Source of the DNA: Nitrosopumilus maritimus SCM1
Lineage (GTDB): Archaea > Thermoproteota > Nitrososphaeria > Nitrososphaerales > Nitrosopumilaceae
DNA: 32,000 bases
NCBI RefSeq assembly: GCF_000018465.1
Contig: NC_010085.1
Coordinates: forward strand, 1,290,001-1,322,000
Reading direction: 5' to 3'
Part shown: piece by piece, positions 26,841-32,000 of the stretch
Numbering within the stretch: the first letter of the stretch is position 1
Layout: every line of letters starts with the position of its first letter
The notes under the pieces: generated by a model
The model's input: the letters and a program-made list of their open reading frames with translations, nothing else
What the model was told of the DNA's origin: nothing
Database searches by the model: none
Position numbers and translations under genes: made by a program

Positions 26841-27122
26841 ATGGTTTCCTATAGAACTAGCATGCAAATTGTAGCTGATTTACTGACTGTTACTGAACAG
26901 TCTGGACAGGAAGGCATCAAGACAACCTCACTATTAACAAAGGCCAATTTATCACATTCCAGACTATCCAAATTCTTGGATAACTTGACTGGAGCAGGCC
27001 TAATCAACAAAATCGAATATGACGGAAAGAACACTTTTGTAATTACACCAAAAGGAAGACAATATTTGGAATCTTATGCAAACTTTTCAAGTATTGCTGA
27101 ATCATTTGGTCTAGAACTCTAA
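26841..27122 (+). CDS. Winged-helix DNA-binding protein (archaeal wHTH), paralog of 10835..11122
   Basis: TTSLLTKANLSHSRLSKFLDNLTGAGLINKIEYDGKNTFVITPKGRQYLESYANFSSIAESFGLEL. Confidence 0.85.
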   Translation: MVSYRTSMQIVADLLTVTEQSGQEGIKTTSLLTKANLSHSRLSKFLDNLTGAGLINKIEYDGKNTFVITPKGRQYLESYANFSSIAESFGLEL

Positions 27123-27125
27123 AAG

Positions 27126-27335
27126 CTACTTTTTAGATCTTTTTCGTTTAGCATTTGCTTCTCTTCGTGCTTTCTTTTCCTTGTAGGAACTGTAAACGAA
27201 GATAATGATTATTCCTGCAATTCCACTATAGAATAGATGTGGAATGAATCTCATATCTCCAGTGGTAGGATCAAAGAATGCTATTGCAATAGTTACAATC
27301 ATGAACATCAATAGTACAGTGAGATACTTGTCCAT
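27126..27335 (-). CDS. Small membrane protein with basic C-terminus
   Basis: Two hydrophobic segments, C-term KEKKARREANAKRKRSKK. Confidence 0.65.
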   Translation of the reverse strand: MDKYLTVLLMFMIVTIAIAFFDPTTGDMRFIPHLFYSGIAGIIIIFVYSSYKEKKARREANAKRKRSKK

Positions 27336-27397
27336 GTTTTGAGGTAATTTACAAAACCATATATCTTTTTGATATAATCACAAAGCGCAGAGAAAAA

Positions 27398-27583
27398 ATG
27401 GCAAAAATGCTAGAGTTAGGCGGATTAGTTTTGATAGCTATCATGTTTGCAAGCTTTGTTGGAGCTTTTCAGCCTACAGTTGAACCTGGATTATCACCAT
27501 TGTTTTGGGGATGTGCCGGAGCTGCACTGACAATAATCATGTACAGGAAATTCAAAAGAAAGAGAGAAGAAGAATCTGAATAA
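27398..27583 (+). CDS. Small membrane protein with charged C-terminus
   Basis: Two hydrophobic segments, C-term YRKFKRKREEESE. Confidence 0.6.
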   Translation: MAKMLELGGLVLIAIMFASFVGAFQPTVEPGLSPLFWGCAGAALTIIMYRKFKRKREEESE

Positions 27584-27659
27584 AAAGTTAGGAAATGATC
27601 AATATTTGATCAACCGACAGATCTATAAAGGATAGTTTTAGGATAATTACGAGGGGAAT

Positions 27660-27743
27660 ATGACAGAAGAATCTAAACAATGGTGGATTGGTTTAGGGAA
27701 AGAACTAGAAGTAGACATTGAATCCCTTGATGAATCAAATTAA
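27660..27743 (+). CDS. Putative 27-aa microprotein
   Basis: Manual translation MTEESKQWWIGLGKELEVDIESLDESN*, with gagggga immediately upstream (very short SD spacing). Confidence 0.35.
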   Translation: MTEESKQWWIGLGKELEVDIESLDESN

Positions 27744-27774
27744 TTATTTACAAAATTTTTTGAAATTAAATTAG

Positions 27775-27848
27775 AGCCTCGGACGGGATCTGAACCCGCG
27801 ACCTAACGCTTACGAGGCGTTCGCTCTACCAGGCTGAGCTACCAAGGC
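27775..27848 (-). tRNA. tRNA-Thr (anticodon CGT)
   Basis: Reverse strand GCCTTGGTAGCTCAGCCTGGTAGAGCGAACGCCTCGTAAGCGTTAGGTCGCGGGTTCAGATCCCGTCCGAGGCT; full cloverleaf. Confidence 0.95.
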
Positions 27849-27901
27849 ACGTCAGGAGAAATCCATCAGAGTTAATAAAAAGCCTTCCTGAGTTGGATTG
27901 A

Positions 27902-29200
27902 TTGAAGAAAACAATTTCTGGAATTAGAGGAATATTTGGTGAAGATCTTTATCTTAAAGACGTACTAGAGTTTTGTAACAACTTTTCATCATTAGTGCAG
28001 TCTGGAAAATGCGCAATCGGAAAAGATACCAGACCCACAGGTTCCATGATGAAAGATGCTGCAAGTGCAGCTTTAATGCAAAACGGAATTGATGTTTTTA
28101 ATTTAGAGACAGTTCCAACACCAGTAGTTTTTAGAGAAGCAAGAAAGTATGGTGCAGGAATTGTTGTATCATCATCTCACAATCCAATTCAATGGAATGG
28201 TTTGAAGTTCATCATTGAAGGAAGAGGAATCAATGAAAAAGAACTTCCAAAAATTATAGAAAAACAAGAGATTCCAAAGACAAAGATTGGAGCAGAGCAA
28301 GACATTTCATCATCATACATTGAGGATGCAAGAAAAATCATAGGAAGTTTGGAGAACAACCCCGAAGTTGTGGTAGATATTGGAGGCGGTGCGGCAAAGG
28401 GATTTGCGCCTGAGTTGCTAGAATCAATTGGATGTAAGGTCCATACCATTAATGAAAACCTTGAAGGTTCTACTAGAGGCCCTGATCCTACTGCAGACAG
28501 TTTATCAGATTTGGTTTCAGCATCATCAGGAAAAGATGTTGGTTTTGCATTTGACTTGGATGGAGATAGACTAGTTGTTGTAAGAAATGGAAAGAAACAG
28601 ACACCAGATGTAACATTGGGATTGGGTGTTGCAAAGTCGTTAGATCTTGGTTACAAGAAATTTGTTCTAAGCATTGACACTAGTGTTTCAGTTGAAAAGT
28701 TCATCAAAGAAAACGGTGGAACTGTACAGCGAACCAAAGTTGGTGAAGCAAACGTCATTGAACAGATGATAAAAGACAATGCACAAGCTGGTGGAGAAGG
28801 AAGTAGTGGTGGTTTTATTTTGCCTGAGTTTAATTATTGTAGAGAAGGAATTCTAACTAGTGGTTTGATTTCATCAATGCTTGGAACTGCAAAGTACAAT
28901 GAGATACTAGACTTTATGGAAAGTTATTTCCAAATAAGAGACAAGACTGCAATTGATGCACAGTTGCACGACAAAGTAATAGAAAAAGTGCAAACAACAT
29001 TTGAGAAAAACTATTCTGAAACAATTACACTTGATGGTGTTAAAGGGATCATTGATGAGAACAGTTGGGTGTTGGTAAGAAAATCAAACACTGAAGATAT
29101 CATTAGGGTTTCAGCTGAATCAAATGATGAGAACAAGTGCAAACAAATTGTAAAAGATACAATAGAGTTGGTGAATCAAAGTTATGAGCAAGTTAGATGA
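27902..29200 (+). CDS. glmM: Phosphoglucosamine/phosphomannomutase family protein
   Basis: ISGIRGIFGEDL, KDTRPTG, VSSSHNPIQWNGLKFI, GFAFDLDGDRLVVV, GGEGSSGGFILPEFNYCREGI. The symbol is best-guess; substrate not determinable. Confidence 0.88.
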   Translation: MKKTISGIRGIFGEDLYLKDVLEFCNNFSSLVQSGKCAIGKDTRPTGSMMKDAASAALMQNGIDVFNLETVPTPVVFREARKYGAGIVVSSSHNPIQWNGLKFIIEGRGINEKELPKIIEKQEIPKTKIGAEQDISSSYIEDARKIIGSLENNPEVVVDIGGGAAKGFAPELLESIGCKVHTINENLEGSTRGPDPTADSLSDLVSASSGKDVGFAFDLDGDRLVVVRNGKKQTPDVTLGLGVAKSLDLGYKKFVLSIDTSVSVEKFIKENGGTVQRTKVGEANVIEQMIKDNAQAGGEGSSGGFILPEFNYCREGILTSGLISSMLGTAKYNEILDFMESYFQIRDKTAIDAQLHDKVIEKVQTTFEKNYSETITLDGVKGIIDENSWVLVRKSNTEDIIRVSAESNDENKCKQIVKDTIELVNQSYEQVR

Positions 29201-30116
29201 GTCTGAAATTATCAAAATCTTTCAAAGGAAACTAGGTAACAAAAATTCTGAAGACGTAGAGATTTTCAAGCTAAAGCAAAACATCATAGCCAAAACTGAC
29301 ACACTTGTTCAAAGCACAGACATCCCTCCCAAAATGAAACTGGGTGAAGCTGCAAGAAAGAGTGTGGTGGCATGTGTAAGTGACTTTGCTGCCAAAGGAG
29401 TAAAGCCACAATATGGCATAATCTCAATTAACTTTCCCTCAAATATTTCACGCTCAAAAGTGGAAGAAGCAGCCACTGGATTCAGAAAGGCATGCAGTGA
29501 GTTTGGAATCTCCATTCTAGGAGGCGACACAAATGCTGGAAAGGAGATTGTGTTCAATGTATGCCTGTTTGGGAGCGCTGAGAAAATTGTACCTAGAAAT
29601 GGTTCCGAGAGCAAAGATTTGATCTTTGCAACAGGTCCATTTGGCTATACTGGTGCAGGTTTGAGCATACTACTCTACAAAAAGAAAGGAAAGAGAGAGT
29701 TTGTTGCAAAAGCAATCAAAGCAGTGACTCATCCAAAGCCAAGAGTAGATTTTGGAGTAAAGAACAAGAGATACTTTACATCATCAATGGATTCCAGCGA
29801 TGGACTATCCACTACACTAAATGAGATGGCAAAGCAATCAAAAAAGAAATTTGTCATAAACAACTCTCCGCACAAAAAAGATCTAGGAGAATTTGCAAAG
29901 TCAAACCAAGATAATCTAGTCTTTCATGGAGGAGAAGAGTACGAGTTTGTGTTTACCATTAATCCAAAACACAAGAAAACAATTCTAAAAAATGCAAAAT
30001 CACTCAGAACACCAATAATTGAAATTGGTTACGTAACTACAGGAAAAGGTGTAATATTACAAAGAGACAACAAAGACATTCCTCTCAAAGACAAAGGTTG
30101 GAAACACTTTAGATAA
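29184..30116 (+). CDS. thiL: Thiamine-monophosphate kinase-like protein (AIR synthase/ThiL superfamily)
   Basis: KTDTLVQSTDIPPKMKLGEAARKSVVACVSDFAAKGVKP, ILGGDTNAG, FATGPFGYTGAG, MDSSDGLSTTL, GGEEYEFVFT. Confidence 0.85.
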   Translation: MSKLDESEIIKIFQRKLGNKNSEDVEIFKLKQNIIAKTDTLVQSTDIPPKMKLGEAARKSVVACVSDFAAKGVKPQYGIISINFPSNISRSKVEEAATGFRKACSEFGISILGGDTNAGKEIVFNVCLFGSAEKIVPRNGSESKDLIFATGPFGYTGAGLSILLYKKKGKREFVAKAIKAVTHPKPRVDFGVKNKRYFTSSMDSSDGLSTTLNEMAKQSKKKFVINNSPHKKDLGEFAKSNQDNLVFHGGEEYEFVFTINPKHKKTILKNAKSLRTPIIEIGYVTTGKGVILQRDNKDIPLKDKGWKHFR

Positions 30117-30437
30117 TTATTCGTCGTGTGATACGTCTCGCTCTACATTGTTTACTATTTCAAAAACAGATTCAGCAGGTAACACTGCAACACATTCAGT
30201 CATCCACAAGTCATCAAGGTAGAGTAATCTCTTTTTATCATCTTCAGGCAAATCATCAGGTTGTGCTTCAGGGTATAGTGCATGCATCTTGTATCCTTCA
30301 TTTGCAATTTGTTGGCATTTTTTTTCTTGGGGAGATAAAATCACTTCATTGATCGGTGCCATTGATTGCATTGCCATTGAACCAAACAAGGCAGCAGCTA
30401 CTGCCACACCGATTGCCAGAAACCAAATGTTTCCCAT
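30117..30437 (-). CDS. Small membrane/secreted hypothetical protein
   Basis: 106 aa, N-terminal hydrophobic IWFLAIGVAVAAALFGSMAMQ. Confidence 0.65.
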   Translation of the reverse strand: MGNIWFLAIGVAVAAALFGSMAMQSMAPINEVILSPQEKKCQQIANEGYKMHALYPEAQPDDLPEDDKKRLLYLDDLWMTECVAVLPAESVFEIVNNVERDVSHDE

Positions 30438-30553
30438 ACGGAAATTCAGAGTTTTTCAGTATAAGAATAATAGTCGATTTTGGGCCAAGTGGCAAAATCA
30501 AAGCAAAATTCCAAAATCAATGTTTTTTAAACCCCTTTAGGTGTGAGTAGTCA

Positions 30554-31072
30554 TTGTCAGAAACTGAAGCCAAAGTTGAGGAAGCACCAGTCGAAGAGGC
30601 ACCAGCCCAAGAGACTGAGGCACCTGTCGAGGAAGCAAAATCCGAGGCAGTAGTAGAAAAAGCCCAACCAGAGGCAAAGAAAGAGGGCCCAGAAAAATGG
30701 GGTATCGCTCACATTTACAGTAGTTACAATAACACAATCATTCACATGACCGATCTTACTGGTGGAGAAACTGTTTCTATCAGTTCAGGTGGAATTCATG
30801 TCAATGCAGACAGATACGAATCATCACCATTTGCTGCAATGAAAGCTGCAAATCAAGTTGTAGAATCTGCAAAGACAAAAGGATTCACAGGATTTCACAT
30901 CAGAGTTCGCGCAGTTGGTGGAGTTGGTTCTAGAGTTCCAGGTCCAGGTGCACAAGCTGCAATCAGAGCATTAGCAAGAGGTGGATTTAAGATTGGAAGA
31001 ATTGATGATGTTACACCTATTCCTCATGACACCACTAGAAAGAAGGGTGGAAAGAGAGGAAGAAGAGTCTAG
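30554..31072 (+). CDS. rps11: Ribosomal protein S11 (uS11) with acidic N-terminal extension
   Basis: [32 protein letters not shown]...[49 protein letters not shown], preceded by about 47 aa rich in E/A/P. TTG start. Confidence 0.95.
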   Translation: MSETEAKVEEAPVEEAPAQETEAPVEEAKSEAVVEKAQPEAKKEGPEKWGIAHIYSSYNNTIIHMTDLTGGETVSISSGGIHVNADRYESSPFAAMKAANQVVESAKTKGFTGFHIRVRAVGGVGSRVPGPGAQAAIRALARGGFKIGRIDDVTPIPHDTTRKKGGKRGRRV

Positions 31073-31377
31073 GCAACTACTCTAACTTTAACTTCACAAT
31101 TTTTAGAAGCAAAATAATCTCGCATAAATTCTGCAAACTTTTCTTCAGGTTTTGATCTGTATCTTGTTAACATATCAGCAAATTTTGTTGTAATGCCGTC
31201 ATGTAAATCTGATTTGAATGCAATTTGAAAAAAAGTCCAACCAAAATTTTCTTTTGGTTCACTGAACATGTATCCGTTGTATGCACCAGTTAATGTTTCC
31301 ATGTGGGAGAGAGCTCTTTTGATGTTAAATGCATCATCAGAATAATTTTTTGTAGAAATTTCTAGAGTTATTGCCAT
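31069..31377 (-). CDS. Hypothetical protein
   Basis: 102 aa intact ORF abutting the next minus-strand gene; no domain recognised. Confidence 0.65.
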   Translation of the reverse strand: MAITLEISTKNYSDDAFNIKRALSHMETLTGAYNGYMFSEPKENFGWTFFQIAFKSDLHDGITTKFADMLTRYRSKPEEKFAEFMRDYFASKNCEVKVRVVA

Positions 31378-31781
31378 TATTCATCCTTTGATTGTTTGGT
31401 GAGTTTGTCAGTTAATGAAACAAATTTTCCATCTTGTTCAACATTGATTTTAGTTTCCATTCGGATGTGTAGTCCAACTGCTCTAAACAGTGTCATGAGT
31501 TTACCACCATCAATTGTCTCATTTAGTTCTCCAGATTTGATTAGTTCGGATAATTTTTGTACAATCATTGCAGTTTCATTTGGAAATTGAGATTCTGCAT
31601 TTTGTAACACTTCTAGTCCTCTGAATCCCAAAACTTTGACTAGGATATCTCGTGGGTTTTCAGGTGGTTTTTCTTGTGTTTGCTCTGGAGTTTTTTCTGA
31701 ATCCTGTCTAGTGTTGATGTTTTTTTGCATCTCTGCTAGTCTCTTTGCCTTTAGTCGCTCTAGTTCTGAATCGTCGCTCAA
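31377..31781 (-). CDS. Hypothetical protein
   Basis: 134 aa; 4-bp overlap with the rtcB tail; charged, with a C-terminal helical domain. Confidence 0.7.
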   Translation of the reverse strand: MSDDSELERLKAKRLAEMQKNINTRQDSEKTPEQTQEKPPENPRDILVKVLGFRGLEVLQNAESQFPNETAMIVQKLSELIKSGELNETIDGGKLMTLFRAVGLHIRMETKINVEQDGKFVSLTDKLTKQSKDE

Positions 31782-32000
31782 CCTTTAATCACACCTATAG
31801 GCACCAATTTTGCTACTTTGGTGGCAATTCCTAGATTGTGAGATACATCAACTACAGAATTAACGTCCTTGTAGGCTTGAGGTGTCTCTTCCACAACTCC
31901 ATCTCGGGTTAATGCCTTGATAAATATGCCCTTGTCATTTAGGGATTTTTTAACATCATCTTCAGTGTAATTTCGTCTTGCTTTGGAACGTGACATTGTT
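31778..32000 (-). CDS. rtcB: RNA-splicing ligase RtcB, C-terminal fragment (runs off the window)
   Basis: QMSRSKARRNY...DGVVEETPQAYKDVNSVVDVSHNLGIATKVAKLVPIGVIKG; the reading frame stays open to 32000, so the tracked Met at 31996 is internal. Confidence 0.9.
   Translation of the reverse strand, partial: TMSRSKARRNYTEDDVKKSLNDKGIFIKALTRDGVVEETPQAYKDVNSVVDVSHNLGIATKVAKLVPIGVIKG

Noticed and set aside
23572-27775. Complete integrated mobile element between the two tRNAs
   Set aside because: No integrase, transposase, replication gene or duplicated tRNA 3' end was seen, so only a hotspot hypothesis is kept.
28189-28449. Minus-strand 86-aa ORF
   Set aside because: Lies entirely inside the phosphoglucomutase-family gene on the other strand; Ser/Pro/Ile-rich shadow sequence.
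29309-29614. Minus-strand 101-aa ORF
   Set aside because: Lies entirely inside the thiL-like gene.
31778-31996. Stand-alone 72-aa small protein
   Set aside because: The frame remains open to the window edge, and the sequence is the RtcB C-terminus.

Overview
This 32 kb window is archaeal and closely resembles a marine ammonia-oxidising thaumarchaeon of the Nitrosopumilus/Nitrosarchaeum type. That assignment is an inference from gene content, AT-richness and protein style. About 50 protein genes can be supported.

Housekeeping genes: topoisomerase VI-B (partial), KH/Pno1-like protein, Rio1 kinase, aIF2-beta, uppS, NUDIX, pyrF, purA, Sua5/YrdC, a THUMP protein, a ThiS-like + Cgi121-like fusion, ribosomal proteins S17e and S11, TatD nuclease, archaeal histone, phosphoglucosamine/phosphomannomutase, ThiL-like protein and the RtcB C-terminus. 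There are two tRNAs: Cys(GCA) and Thr(CGT).

The 14.7-23.5 kb stretch is accessory. It is a long minus-strand run of secreted or membrane-anchored proteins with a WD40/TolB-like propeller, a redoxin, a VOC protein and an orphan histidine kinase.

The 23.5-27.8 kb stretch lies between the two tRNAs. It holds a cupredoxin, a large AIPR-family protein (candidate phage defence) and several small or zinc-binding ORFs.

The most interesting observations are: (1) an AIPR protein with an apparent N-terminal PD-(D/E)xK-like segment in a tRNA-bounded interval; (2) a beta-grasp (ThiS/MoaD) + Cgi121 fusion beside Sua5 and a THUMP protein; (3) uppS with no in-frame ATG/GTG/TTG before its conserved core, but an ATT preceded by a Shine-Dalgarno-like GGTGA; (4) a zinc-ribbon + YggX-like protein; (5) nested 4-bp stop overlaps at convergent gene pairs; (6) a module of overlapping secreted/redox genes. 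No CRISPR array, transposase or rRNA was seen.
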